Assembly: GCA_963717465.1 (NCBI GenBank)
Contig: OY970340.1
Span: 2,464,001-2,528,000 of the forward strand
Origin: Candidatus Bathyarchaeota archaeon
GTDB lineage: Archaea; Thermoproteota; Bathyarchaeia; Bathyarchaeales; Bathycorpusculaceae
Reading direction: 5' to 3'
Length of the DNA: 64,000 nt
Shown here: in pieces, positions 51,905 to 62,602 of the stretch
Numbering within the stretch: position 1 is the first letter of the stretch
Layout of the letters: each line of letters starts with the position of its first letter
The notes under the pieces: model-generated
What the model was told of the DNA's origin: nothing
Database searches by the model: none
Seen by the model: the letters and a program-made list of their open reading frames with translations, nothing else
Made by a program: the position numbers and the translations under genes

Positions 51905-53959
51905 TTGCGGAAAAAAGAGTTCACAAGCTTTGACGTTGCAGCAGCAATTGGAGAATTAAAGCGAAACATTGTTGATTCCAGAGTGAACAACATTTACCAA
52001 TTTGACGAGAAAACGCTTGGTTTTAAACTCCATAAAATCGACAAGCCGCCGATCAGACTAATAATGGAAGCGGGTAGAAGAATACATTTAACACAGTATG
52101 CTGAAGATAGCCCGTTAACACCACCTGCTTTCTGCATGGCTTTGAGAAAATATCTTCGTGGAGCATGGATAATCGGAGTTGAACAGTATGAGTTTGAAAG
52201 AATCGTTATCGTGCATTTTAAAACTAAAACGGGCATGTTAAATCTTATTTTAGAGGTTTTCGGTGAAGGAAATTTCATTTTAGTAAATGATAAAAACGTG
52301 ATTATTCAGGCTTTATTCTTTAAACGCATGCGTGATCGAAATATATTGCGGAATGAGGTTTTAGCGTTTCCACCGCCGATCAGCAAAAGCCCATTTAAAG
52401 TAACGCTTGAAGAGGTAAAGAAGGCTGTAAAGGATGCCGGAGAAGTGGAAATTGTCAGGGCGGCAACGCGCTTTTTCGGGGTTGGCGGCGTTTATTCTGA
52501 AGAAATATTGCTTAGAGCCAACGTGGAAAAAACGAGACCCTGTAACACGTTGACAAGCGTTGAGGTTGAAGCGATTTTTGGTTCTCTTCAGGTCTTGCTT
52601 TCAGATGTTTCAAGCTTGCATTTAGACCCATGCATTATTTTGGATGAGACTAAGAATTTCTTGGATGTTTTGCCGTTTAAGCTAAAGCGATATGAAGGAT
52701 TTAGCAGCCAAGTTTATGAGACATTTAATCAGGCTTTGGATGAGTTTTACGTGCGGGTTACTGCGGCTGAAAAAGCGGCTGCCAGCGTTGAAGTCGATAA
52801 GTTGAAGGATGAAGCAAATAGACTTAAGAGAGTAATTGCGGATCAAGAAAAATCTATTGCCGAAGAAGAGCAAAAAACGCAACGGGACAAGACGATTGGT
52901 GACAAAATCTATGCTCATTTAAGTGAACTCCAAACGTTTTTTGATAAGCTTTTGAAGGCTAATTTGGCAGGAAAAGATTGGGAGACGCTAATTCAGGCGG
53001 TTTTGCAGGCAAAGAAAGCAGGTATTGTTCCTGCGGTTTATGTTGAGTCATTTGATGGACGTAATCTTGCGCTTAATCTTTGCATCGACGGCTTGCATTT
53101 TAGTGTTAACTTACGTAAATCACTCTACGATAATGCGGCAGAATATTATGATCGGGGAAAGAAAGCTAAACAAAAATCTGCTGGTGCAATTACGGCTTTG
53201 GAAGATTCTAAGAGCAAACTGGAGAAGATTAACCGTGAACTCCAGGAAGCAGAGGATTTACAGAGTTTGAAGCCAGCAGAAGTCTTAGAAGCTCTTGCCA
53301 AACGCAAAGTTGAGAGCAAAGAATGGTATCAAAAGTTCCGTTGGTTCACTTCTTCCGATAACTTCTTGGTTGTTGCAGGCAAAGACGTGGTTAGCAATGA
53401 AGTTTTAATAAAAAAGTATGCTACGCCAGAAGATGTTGTTTTTCACGCTGAGATTACGGGTGCTCCTTTCGTAGTGGTTAAATCAGAGGGTAAAACTATA
53501 ACAGAACAAGTTCTACATGAAGCCGGAGAGTTCGCCGCTGCTCTTTCAAGGGCTTGGCGTGAAAACGCAGGTTCAGTTGATGTTTACTGGGTAAAACCTG
53601 AACAATTAAGCAAAAGCGCTCCCTCCGGAGAATCTATTCCTCATGGTGCTTTCTTTGTCGTCGGCAAACGTAACTGGACCCGCAGTGTTCCGCTAAGGCT
53701 AGCTATCGGTGCTGTTGCAGGTGATGAAGGCATAGCGTTTATTGGTGGACCTTTGGGTACGGTTAAAGCAAAAACAAAAGTATATGTTGTTATTGTTCCA
53801 GGCGACTTGCAGGGAAAAGCAATCTTGACGCAAATTCTAAGAACATTAATGTTCAAGCTGTCCAAAGAACAACGTGAACTTGCAGGCAAAACTTCAATTG
53901 AACAAATCAGAGAGTTCGTGCCCTACACTAAAGCCACTATAACTGACAAACTGGTTTGA
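51905..53959 (+). CDS. rqcH: Ribosome quality-control factor Rqc2/RqcH (NFACT family)
   Basis: FTSFD, FCMALRK, FERIV, WYQKFRWF, GKD...NE. Confidence 0.92.
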   Translation: MRKKEFTSFDVAAAIGELKRNIVDSRVNNIYQFDEKTLGFKLHKIDKPPIRLIMEAGRRIHLTQYAEDSPLTPPAFCMALRKYLRGAWIIGVEQYEFERIVIVHFKTKTGMLNLILEVFGEGNFILVNDKNVIIQALFFKRMRDRNILRNEVLAFPPPISKSPFKVTLEEVKKAVKDAGEVEIVRAATRFFGVGGVYSEEILLRANVEKTRPCNTLTSVEVEAIFGSLQVLLSDVSSLHLDPCIILDETKNFLDVLPFKLKRYEGFSSQVYETFNQALDEFYVRVTAAEKAAASVEVDKLKDEANRLKRVIADQEKSIAEEEQKTQRDKTIGDKIYAHLSELQTFFDKLLKANLAGKDWETLIQAVLQAKKAGIVPAVYVESFDGRNLALNLCIDGLHFSVNLRKSLYDNAAEYYDRGKKAKQKSAGAITALEDSKSKLEKINRELQEAEDLQSLKPAEVLEALAKRKVESKEWYQKFRWFTSSDNFLVVAGKDVVSNEVLIKKYATPEDVVFHAEITGAPFVVVKSEGKTITEQVLHEAGEFAAALSRAWRENAGSVDVYWVKPEQLSKSAPSGESIPHGAFFVVGKRNWTRSVPLRLAIGAVAGDEGIAFIGGPLGTVKAKTKVYVVIVPGDLQGKAILTQILRTLMFKLSKEQRELAGKTSIEQIREFVPYTKATITDKLV

Positions 53960-54058
53960 CAGCCCTTACATACTCGGAAAAAACGGCTTTAATTAACGGA
54001 TAAATAAACGACCTTTGGAAATAAACAGCTAGCCAAACTTCGCCGATGCAAAGGTTTG

Positions 54059-54607
54059 TCATAGGAAAAGTGCCATTCTGTACGCGTCACGGTATTTGCC
54101 GTTCCAAAACATTTCCTTACGCAAAGTTCCTTCTATTTGGAAGCCTGCTTTCTGATATACGTGAAGAGCTCGCAGGTTTGTAGTGTTAACTGTTAAAACG
54201 ATTTTTTTAAGCTCTCTATTTCTGGCGATTTGAATGAGGTGGTTTAGGAGGGCGGTCCCAATGCCCAAGTTTTGATATTCATCATGCACGGTAATGGCAA
54301 AGTCACCTTTGTGCTTGAATACCTCCTGAGGCTGGAACTTAAGCGATGCATTGCCAACAATTCTATCCTTGCCATCTTCTTCGATGACCGCTACAATAAA
54401 AACTCCGTAATTAGGATCCATGTTGCTTGTCCAGCTTTCGATTCTTTCCCGAGTGAATGGAGGAACCAAGTTGGACACTGTTGCTTCCGACAGAGTAGAA
54501 AACATTCCCCAAAGCAGTTCAGTATCAGTGGACTTTTTCGGTCGAAAACGAATAAGTTTGCGGTTTTTTGCCGTAAATATAGTTTCTGACTCAATTGAAC
54601 TTGCCAT
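54059..54607 (-). CDS. GNAT acetyltransferase
   Basis: V..EYQNLGIG, N.RA..VY.K.GF. Confidence 0.88.
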   Translation of the reverse strand: MASSIESETIFTAKNRKLIRFRPKKSTDTELLWGMFSTLSEATVSNLVPPFTRERIESWTSNMDPNYGVFIVAVIEEDGKDRIVGNASLKFQPQEVFKHKGDFAITVHDEYQNLGIGTALLNHLIQIARNRELKKIVLTVNTTNLRALHVYQKAGFQIEGTLRKEMFWNGKYRDAYRMALFL

Positions 54608-54740
54608 ACTACTGCCTCAAACTCAGTCCAGCAGTTCTTAACATTAACCAAGTATTTATTTTGTCTCTCTGCGATTTGTTTATGTTTTACTTCTAAGAAG
54701 TATTGCTGTTGTTCTTTGCATTTCGCAGGAGAATATCGAA

Positions 54741-55808
54741 TTGAACGATAAAGATGAAAAAATAACGATGCTTCATGGCGCTGGTGGCTCAGTTATGCAT
54801 GAGCTTGTTAAAAATTATGTTGTAAAATACTTCGGCGGCTTAAGTAACATCGCTGAAGTGCCGTTGGAAGCTATGGATGATGCTGCAGTTGTTGGGGACA
54901 CTGTTTTTAAAAGTGATTCTCACGCAGTTAAGCCGATTTTCTTTCCTGGAGGCGACGTTGGACGTTTATCGATTTCCGGCACGGTTAATGACATTTCATG
55001 CTTGGGTGCGGAGCCTTACGCTTTGGCATGCGGCTTGATTTTAGAGGAAGGCTTGCCAATCAGTGACCTTGAAAAAATTCTCTCAAGTATGCGACAAACC
55101 TGCATTGAAGCAGGCGTAAGCATCGTTACAGGCGACACGAAAGTTGTGGAGAAGGGAAGTTTAGGCGGTTGCGTAATGAATGTTTCCGGACTCGGCAAAC
55201 GAACAGCAGCGTTGGAATTTGACCTTTGCGTTGCAAGAAAATATCGCCCGGTCACAGCGAGGTGGACTTTGGATTCTAACCTTGCAGTTGGCGATAAAAT
55301 AATCTTATCTGGCACAATTGGTGACCACGGGCTTGCAGTGCTTTCAGCGCAGCAGGGTTTGACTTTTGGAAGCGGTATAAAATCAGACGTGGCACCGCTT
55401 AACCGCATGATTCAGTCTTTGCTTGGTGAGGTTGGTGGAGTGGTTACAATGAAAGACCCGACACGGGGTGGTTTAGCTGATGCTCTTCATGAATTGTCGG
55501 AAAAATCGAAACTTGGCTTACTGATTCATGAAAACAAAGTTCCTATTCGTGAAGATGTGCAAACTGCCTGTGAAATGTTAGGGTTAGATCCGCTTGAAGT
55601 AGGAAATGAAGGAAAAATGATTGTTGGCATCGTCTCCGAAAAGGCTGAAGATGCACTGACTATGCTTAGGAGTAAAAAAGAAGGCAAAGACGCACAGATA
55701 ATCGGTGAAGTAACAAGGGAATTCAAAGGTGTTGCTATGCAAACCTTGGTGGGCGGCAAAAGAATTATTGCAAGGCCTGTTGGTGATCCTGTTCCGCGGA
55801 TCTGCTAG
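54741..55808 (+). CDS. hypE: Hydrogenase maturation protein HypE
   Basis: HGAGG, FPGGDVG, GDTKVV, DPTRGG, C-terminal PRIC. Confidence 0.95.
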   Translation: MNDKDEKITMLHGAGGSVMHELVKNYVVKYFGGLSNIAEVPLEAMDDAAVVGDTVFKSDSHAVKPIFFPGGDVGRLSISGTVNDISCLGAEPYALACGLILEEGLPISDLEKILSSMRQTCIEAGVSIVTGDTKVVEKGSLGGCVMNVSGLGKRTAALEFDLCVARKYRPVTARWTLDSNLAVGDKIILSGTIGDHGLAVLSAQQGLTFGSGIKSDVAPLNRMIQSLLGEVGGVVTMKDPTRGGLADALHELSEKSKLGLLIHENKVPIREDVQTACEMLGLDPLEVGNEGKMIVGIVSEKAEDALTMLRSKKEGKDAQIIGEVTREFKGVAMQTLVGGKRIIARPVGDPVPRIC

Positions 55809-55855
55809 GAACTCGTGCTGTTGATACTGTGTTAGCTGTTATTAGTCAGGTATTA

Positions 55856-56305
55856 TTATGCTACGGATGTGCCTGTTAGTATTATGTTAACGCTGAAGCT
55901 TGTAATTCCTGTAATGTTGGAATAAACAGTTAGCGTCAGCACTGCAGCTGTTGTATTGCCAACATTTAATGTTGAGCCTTCTTTGTTCCAAGTTATTGTC
56001 ATGTAAGAATTAGAGGTAGAGGGATTCCAACTGCTTGTTGTCATGCTCAAGGTTATCTGAGTGTTGCTTGTGTTTTCTATGTAAATGGTTGTTGTTGCAT
56101 TATTTCCAGGTGTCGTTTGACCCCAATTTATTGACGTTAAGTTTTGCGTGCATGCACTGTCAGAAAAAACTGAAAGATTTACAGTGGTAATTGTTCCACT
56201 TGATGAGATGGTGCGACTTGTAGAAAGCAGTCCTGCTACTGTAATTGTCAACCCAAGGATAGCGACTATAATTGCTAGCGCAATTTTCTTATTCTTGGCA
56301 GACAT
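55856..56305 (-). CDS. Secreted/surface Thr-Ser-rich protein
   Basis: Basic plus hydrophobic N-terminus; SINWG..PG...T.YI.N beta-rich body. Confidence 0.65.
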   Translation of the reverse strand: MSAKNKKIALAIIVAILGLTITVAGLLSTSRTISSSGTITTVNLSVFSDSACTQNLTSINWGQTTPGNNATTTIYIENTSNTQITLSMTTSSWNPSTSNSYMTITWNKEGSTLNVGNTTAAVLTLTVYSNITGITSFSVNIILTGTSVA

Positions 56306-56427
56306 ATGGTCATATATTGTGTGTCTGTGAACTTTATATCGTTTATGTAAAAAACCGAATAACTATGCAAAAGCCCAAAAAACTAAAAATGCTCAAACAA
56401 CGATGCAGTTTTGCACTATTTTTTCAA

Positions 56428-57510
56428 TTAATCGGAAACTGCTTTTGACCAAACTCGGCAAGTGCCTTCACTGCTGACCATGCAAGCACCGATTGGTTTA
56501 GCAGGCGTACATGCCTTCATGAACATTGGGCACTCAGTAGGCTTAATCTTTCCAATAATTACCAAGTGGCATTCGCATCCAAGCAAAATGTCTTTACCCT
56601 GTTCCACCCGGACACCGAATTTTTCCCGTGCATCCAAAGCTTTTAGCTCTTCACGCAGTACAAGTGCGGAATCGGGCAATCGGCCAATTCCACGCCAATT
56701 GCCACTTGTAACTCTGAATGCTTTGTTCATCACGTCCAAAGCTTTCGTGTTTCCTTCCCATTTGACGACACGGGGATACTCGTTCTCTAATTTTGCCGTT
56801 TTCTCGTTGACTTGTTTAACAATCATGTAAATTGCCATTAACACGTCATTAGGTTCAAAACCAGCCACCACAGTAGGCATACGATAAACCCGTGGAAACA
56901 ATTCATAAGGCTTCAACCCAATAACCATACTCACGTGACCAGGCGCAATAAACCCATCAATCTGAAGGTCGCCGACACCGAGCAAAAGCTCCATAGCAGG
57001 AGGAATCAGCCGATGCGAAACCAGAAAACAAAAGTTTTTAGGCGGATTCGCAAGTGCTTCAACCGCTGTGGATGGAGCAGTCGTTTCAAAGCCAACCGCG
57101 AAGAACGCGAACTGCTTCTGGGGTTCTTTTCTTGCCATTTCAACCGCGTCAGAAACGGCGTAAACGATTCGTACGTCTGCACCGTTTGCTTTTGCCTGCA
57201 AGAGGGAAGATTCGCTTCCAGGCACTCTTAGAACGTCTCCAAAACAGGTTACTACAACGCCTTTCTGCGCTAATTGTATTGCTTCGTCAACTTCGGATGC
57301 GGGCACGATGCAGACTGGGCAGCCTGGACCTGCAATTACTTCAACATTTTCAGGTAGAAGACTGCGCAGTCCATAGTGAGTAACAGTCCACTCATGTGTT
57401 CCACAAACATGACAAATCTTGATTTTGCCTTTCGTAGGCGCCAAACTTTTGATTTTCGATGCAATATTGTGTGCTATTTCTGGGTCTCGGAACTTGAGTT
57501 TTTCAGTCAC
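56428..57510 (-). CDS. hypD: Hydrogenase maturation protein HypD
   Basis: CGTHE, GPGCPVC, GFETT, PGHVS, CMVSSEGTC. Confidence 0.96.
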   Translation of the reverse strand: MTEKLKFRDPEIAHNIASKIKSLAPTKGKIKICHVCGTHEWTVTHYGLRSLLPENVEVIAGPGCPVCIVPASEVDEAIQLAQKGVVVTCFGDVLRVPGSESSLLQAKANGADVRIVYAVSDAVEMARKEPQKQFAFFAVGFETTAPSTAVEALANPPKNFCFLVSHRLIPPAMELLLGVGDLQIDGFIAPGHVSMVIGLKPYELFPRVYRMPTVVAGFEPNDVLMAIYMIVKQVNEKTAKLENEYPRVVKWEGNTKALDVMNKAFRVTSGNWRGIGRLPDSALVLREELKALDAREKFGVRVEQGKDILLGCECHLVIIGKIKPTECPMFMKACTPAKPIGACMVSSEGTCRVWSKAVSD

Positions 57511-57763
57511 TGTTCTTACCCAGCTTTGGTTTTGCAGGCAAGGTTTTTTCTATTTCAAGAAGAGAATTCCACATACTGATTGTTTCTAACGCTTCTTTTT
57601 CTTCCACAGTTTGAAGCGCGTAACCAGCATGAACTATCACGTAGTCGCCTACTTTAACGTCGACAAGTGCAATGTTTACTTCTCTAAGGACGCCTTGGCC
57701 AAAATCCACGTTGGCTTTAGTGCCTTCAATGCTTAATACGCGGGCTGGAATTGCCAAACACAT
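57503..57763 (-). CDS. hypC: Hydrogenase maturation chaperone HypC
   Basis: MCLAIP, VGDYVIVHAGYA. Confidence 0.96.
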   Translation of the reverse strand: MCLAIPARVLSIEGTKANVDFGQGVLREVNIALVDVKVGDYVIVHAGYALQTVEEKEALETISMWNSLLEIEKTLPAKPKLGKNSD

Positions 57764-57816
57764 GTTTATCTAACATAACCACTCTTATTCAGCGATAAAA
57801 ACAAAGTGGTTTAAGA

Positions 57817-60103
57817 TTATGAAAATCCACCTACAACTGCCTGCCCAAACGAAACTCCGCCATCACCAGCAGGCACAGCTTCATGAACCACAAACTTTAG
57901 GCCCGATTTTTTAACTGTTTCTCGCATGATTTCAGACAGGATCTGGTTGGCTGCTGTACCACCGGAAAACCCAACCGTTGAAACATGTTGCTCAACGGCA
58001 TTATCAACAGCTAATGAAGCTAAACCTTTGGCTAAGTAAGCATGAGCGCTATAAGCTAAGTCTCGCGTTGAAATCTTGTCTTTGTTTTCAAATATTTCGG
58101 CAATTAAGGGTGTTGTGTCCAAAATGTTTTGGTGCAGTTTAGGTTGAACGTGCAAGAGGTTTTTTCCACCTATTGCTGCCGACTCAAGTTTCATAGCTGG
58201 TTCTCCTTCAAAAGTGCGCATGTAGCATAAGCCTAAGACTGCGGCAACCGCATCTAAAACTCGGCCACAACTCGTTGTTTCAATCTGCCCTGAACTTTTT
58301 GTCAACTGTTTTTGTATGAGCTGTGCCTCTTCTTTTCCGAATTGTAAATGATGACTGTTTTGCATGAGCCAGGATTCAATGTTATATCCGGCTTTACTTA
58401 GTATTCCAGCCGCTATGCGAAGAGGGTAACGGCTTGCTATGTCACCGCCGAGAAGCAGTTGAGGCTCTAAATGTCCAATCCGCTTAAATTTTGCTGATTG
58501 GCTCGTGCTGAGAAGGACTTCGCCTCCCCACGCTTTGCCATCGAGACCATACCCGTAACCATCGCAGACTATGCTTACAAGTTCATCTAACGAATGCTCT
58601 GCCATTAGGGCTGCGGCGTGAGCGTGATGATGCTGTACTTGAATCAGACTTAAGTCGTTTGCTTCTGACAGTTCCTGGGCTAAAGCTGTTGTAGTGAATT
58701 TTGGATGCAAATCGCATGCGTAAACTTGCGGGTGGCAATTGGTTAAACGTGCGAGGTGACCAGCTGCTTCTTGAAGAAAAACTCGTGTTTCCACGTTTTC
58801 TACGTCGCCGATGTGTTGGCTTATGAATGCTTTGTCATCGAGGAGGAGGCAAATGGTGTTGTTGAGTTCTGCCGCCTAAGCCTATGACGCAACGTTTTGA
58901 TGTTGTTTTTCAGTTTTATTGGTGCTGGCGCGTATCCTCGGCTTCGCCTAATGAAAGCTTGGCGTTTTCCGTGAACTCGAATGACGGAGTCGTCGCACCT
59001 GTATGCTATTTTGCGGTTATGAAACAAAAAGTAATCCACGGTTGTTCCAAGTGTTTTTAGGGCTTCCTCATTGTCCTTTACGATTGGCTGGTTAGGCGGG
59101 TTCGCGCTTGTGAGTACAAACGCTGGGTCATCTACAGCGTCAAAAAGCATGTAATGCAATCCAGTGTAGGGCAACATGACGCCGACGTTATGAAGATTCG
59201 GTGACACTAGCTCTGAAAGGTTGTAGCGGGAATTCTTGTTAAGCAGCACTATTGGGTGTGCTGGAGAAGTTAGCAGTTCCTGTTCCTTCGAGTTTACTTC
59301 GGCGAAGCGTTTGGCGGCAGGTAAGCTTTTCGCCATTAGGGCAAAGGGTTTTTCGTTTCTATGCTTCGTTTTCCGAAGTGCCATTAAAGGTTCATCTTTG
59401 ATGGCAGAGGAGCCAATGTGGAAGCCCCCGTAACCTTTTACGGCAAGGATATTGCCTTCTGAAAGCAGTTTTCCCGCTTCACGCACAGGATCTGCTGAAT
59501 CAATGTGCTCGCCTGTTTTTGTTGTTAAGTAAGACTTTTGGACCGCAAGCGGGGCAAGCTATGGTTTGCGCGTGAAACCGCCTGTTGCTTGGGTCAGTGT
59601 ATTCTTTTTTGCAGTAGCCGCACATGGGAAATTCATGCATGGTTGTGTTTTCGCGGTCGTACGGTAAACTGTTCAATGATTGTAAATCGTGGACCGCAAT
59701 TAGTGCATGTAATGAAAAAGTAATTGTAACGTGGGTCTTTTGGGTCTCGCAGCTCTCTTAGGCAATCGTTGCAGATTGCGATGTCTGGAGGTATGATTGA
59801 GCCTGAAAGCTCCGCCTCGTTTGAACTGTGGTGAATCGTGAATGTTTCATGCTGGTTTTCTCCAGAAAGCTCAACACTGTTGACCTTGTCTATTTGAGCT
59901 AAAGGCGGCTTCTTGTCCGTTAAGTCGTGCATAAAATTCTTCGCGTTCTGCGGTTTGCCTTCGATTAGGATTTCAACGCCTGCATCGCCTTTGTTAAGGA
60001 CATAACCCGTTAAATCATAGGCTTTAGCTAAGCGATAAACAAAAGGGCGAAAACCAACGCCTTGAACAATCCCATTAACGCTAATTTTAACCCGCAAAGA
60101 CAA
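57817..60103 (-). pseudogene. hypF: HypF carbamoyltransferase interrupted by four single-base insertions (likely sequencing errors)
   Basis: [58 protein letters not shown] spread over frames. Confidence 0.88.
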
Positions 60104-60544
60104 ACATCACCAAAAAAAGAACAGCAATTTTCTCTTATACATTTCTACAAAAAAGGCATAGTTTATCTTGAAACATTATCGATATGGATACCGAATTTGG
60201 TCAAACACTTGGGATATTTATGTTTCTTTCTGACCTAGAATAGACCATAGATAACAGCTCAACGTATCTGTTTTACTGTGTTGGCTTAAGGCTAGTAAGA
60301 ATCCTTCGACGTTGGCACATAAACTGACCAGCAGCAAAACCCGGTGGACGAGAACACCTTCCGCATTGCTTGCAATATTGAGCTGTTTGAGTGTTCTCGG
60401 AGCTACTCATTCAAGTTAAACCTAAGATAGGGGCAATTATTTCTTGAAATAAAAACGTTTCCAAAACTAAAGATTTGGGCGCTTAAACCTTGCGATTGTA
60501 TTTTGGGGTAGTGAAGCCCGAATTAACTAGGTTAAAGGAAGGTT

Positions 60545-60757
60545 TTATTGGTTTTGTCTGACAATCTGCGTAAGTCCGTAGCCTACGAGCAGAAAGCTAA
60601 AGAAAACTCCCAATGAAAGCCACATTCTAACGATGCCAACCCCGCCTTGAAATCCTTGTAAAACGCCAAATAGGTACATCACAACCCAAATTAGCACAAC
60701 GCCACCAAAAGCGAAACTTAGCAAACCAATCCATTTGTCCATGTTCTCACGAGACAA
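60545..60757 (-). CDS. Small membrane protein
   Basis: Two hydrophobic helices. Confidence 0.5.
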   Translation of the reverse strand: MSRENMDKWIGLLSFAFGGVVLIWVVMYLFGVLQGFQGGVGIVRMWLSLGVFFSFLLVGYGLTQIVRQNQ

Positions 60758-60850
60758 GCATTTGTTTACACCATGCTTAAAAAATTTAATGCCACTAGCA
60801 AAGAAAAAGGATTTAGCATGACTTTTGATGGGGGGTAGCAGAGGCTCGAA

Positions 60851-61015
60851 TGGTGCCGTTCGTCCAAACAGACGCTAATTCTGCTTGTGGGACGGGATTC
60901 GAGCCCGCGACCTCTGGCTTTAGGCGTTTAGCCCCTTTAGTCTCCAGATTTCTCATCTGGGTTTGTCCTACCAGATTATGAGTCTGGCGCCCTGGCCAGG
61001 CTAGGCTACCCCGGC
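60851..61015 (-). tRNA. tRNA-Met(CAT), elongator type, with three BHB introns (37/38, 45/46, 68/69)
   Basis: Exons 61015-60977, 60949-60942, 60911-60889 and 60858-60851 join into a full cloverleaf, GCCGGGG/CCCCGGC-A-CCA. Confidence 0.88.
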
Positions 61016-61277
61016 AATGTTGGTTTGACCCCGATTTTGCCTTGAGACGTCTTTTTAGTTTGTAGCCTTTGATTTAAACTTTTAAACTGTTTTCAGCAAG
61101 TTGCTTGATTGATCCCTTTTTTAAAAAAGTGTGTCACAACTGTCTTTAGTATAATATGTCAGCAGTTATCTTATGATTAGTCGACCCATTTTGATTCTTT
61201 TGGCAAATCCATAATTTCTTATTTTGTCGCCCATTAATTATTCTTTAACTATCATTCTGCAGCTTAGAACAGCGAAA

Positions 61278-61766
61278 TTATACGGGTTGTTTAGATGTTT
61301 TTCGGAAAAATGGTGCAAGTTGAGTTTCACAGCCATCCTCAATATATATAGATTCGTTTTCTTTAACCTCGTTTCCAGTAAACTTGCTGTACAGCGCCAT
61401 TGCGACCAGTCCATATGGGCAAGTGACATCTTTCGGATTTAATATTGAATGAACTCGTTTAGCCCAAATGCAGCCATCTACTTTAAAGGTGTAGATATCT
61501 TCAGTAATTTTTTTGAAACTGCAAGCTTTTACAACTTTGGCTCTAACAAGCATGTCGGCAAAATGTGATAATGCTTCCTCTAAGGTCTTGCTCGTGACTA
61601 TGGCAATTCTTTCCTGTTTTTCAAGGTTCAACAGGAAATGGATAGAGGGATTAATAAAAATCTCTGCACTTTCGCCAAGAATTGATTTTGCACTTTTTTG
61701 ATAAGAAAACAAAAGACTATGCATTAATATGTACACATCGACAAGGCTTTCGTTTTCACCTGACAA
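61278..61766 (-). CDS. Hypothetical protein (V4R/output-domain-like)
   Basis: GC.WA..VH...CPYG pattern. Confidence 0.55.
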   Translation of the reverse strand: MSGENESLVDVYILMHSLLFSYQKSAKSILGESAEIFINPSIHFLLNLEKQERIAIVTSKTLEEALSHFADMLVRAKVVKACSFKKITEDIYTFKVDGCIWAKRVHSILNPKDVTCPYGLVAMALYSKFTGNEVKENESIYIEDGCETQLAPFFRKTSKQPV

Positions 61767-61888
61767 GTTTGTACATCCTGCATTATAGTTTATATAGAGC
61801 GGTTAAAAATTTTTGGGTCTCAGTAAACAATAAAGCCGATTTATCACATTACATAATTTTTTCAATCACCATGCGATGTGCAGTGCAG

Positions 61889-62602
61889 TTATAGTCTTTT
61901 TTTCTGCAGTTTTTCAATGCCACTGGCAGATGCGATAATAGCCATGTCTGTTAAACCGTAAAAAAAGCCTGTTTCGATGACGCCGGGGATACTGTGGAGT
62001 TTTTGGTCCAGTTTTTCCGGGTTTTCAATTAACCCGAATACTGCATCAATAATCATGTTGCCGTTATCTGTTATTGTGGCGCCGAGTTTGCCTTTTCCTT
62101 CGCGAAGAATTGGGTTGCCACCATATTCCCTGATTTTACGTTTAGCAAGAGATACACCAAATGGCAGCACTTCAATAGGCACAGGCTGGTTTTTTTCACC
62201 CAAGACTTTGACTTTTTTGGTTTCATCCGCTATTATGATGTTGCATTTTGAAGCGGCTGCCACAATCTTCTCTCTGAGCATAGCTGCACCCATGCCTTTG
62301 ATAAGCCAAAGTTGAGGTGTAACTTGGTCGGCGCCGTCGATTGTTAAATCAATAAGGGGATGCTCATCCAACGTTGTTAATGGTACACCATATTCGACGG
62401 CTAACTGGAAAGCTTGAAGAGATGACGGGATGCACATAATTTTTAAGTTCTCTTTTTTTATTCTTTCACCTAAAGCTTCAATTGCAAAAGCCGCTGTGCT
62501 CCCGCTGCCTAACCCGACAATAAAGCCATTCTTAACTTGTGAAACTGCTTCGAGCGCTGCTTTCTTTTTTGCTTCTGCGATTAGGTCAGCATTAGCTTTC
62601 AA
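61889..62602 (-). CDS. rpiA: Ribose-5-phosphate isomerase A
   Basis: GLGSGSTA, DGADQ, IKG.G...REK, TDNGN, PGVIETG. Confidence 0.95.
   Translation of the reverse strand: MKANADLIAEAKKKAALEAVSQVKNGFIVGLGSGSTAAFAIEALGERIKKENLKIMCIPSSLQAFQLAVEYGVPLTTLDEHPLIDLTIDGADQVTPQLWLIKGMGAAMLREKIVAAASKCNIIIADETKKVKVLGEKNQPVPIEVLPFGVSLAKRKIREYGGNPILREGKGKLGATITDNGNMIIDAVFGLIENPEKLDQKLHSIPGVIETGFFYGLTDMAIIASASGIEKLQKKRL

Noticed and set aside
60349..60399. 9-bp inverted repeat CGAGAACAC/GTGTTCTCG upstream of hypF
   Set aside because: Single occurrence with a long spacer and no recognisable motif
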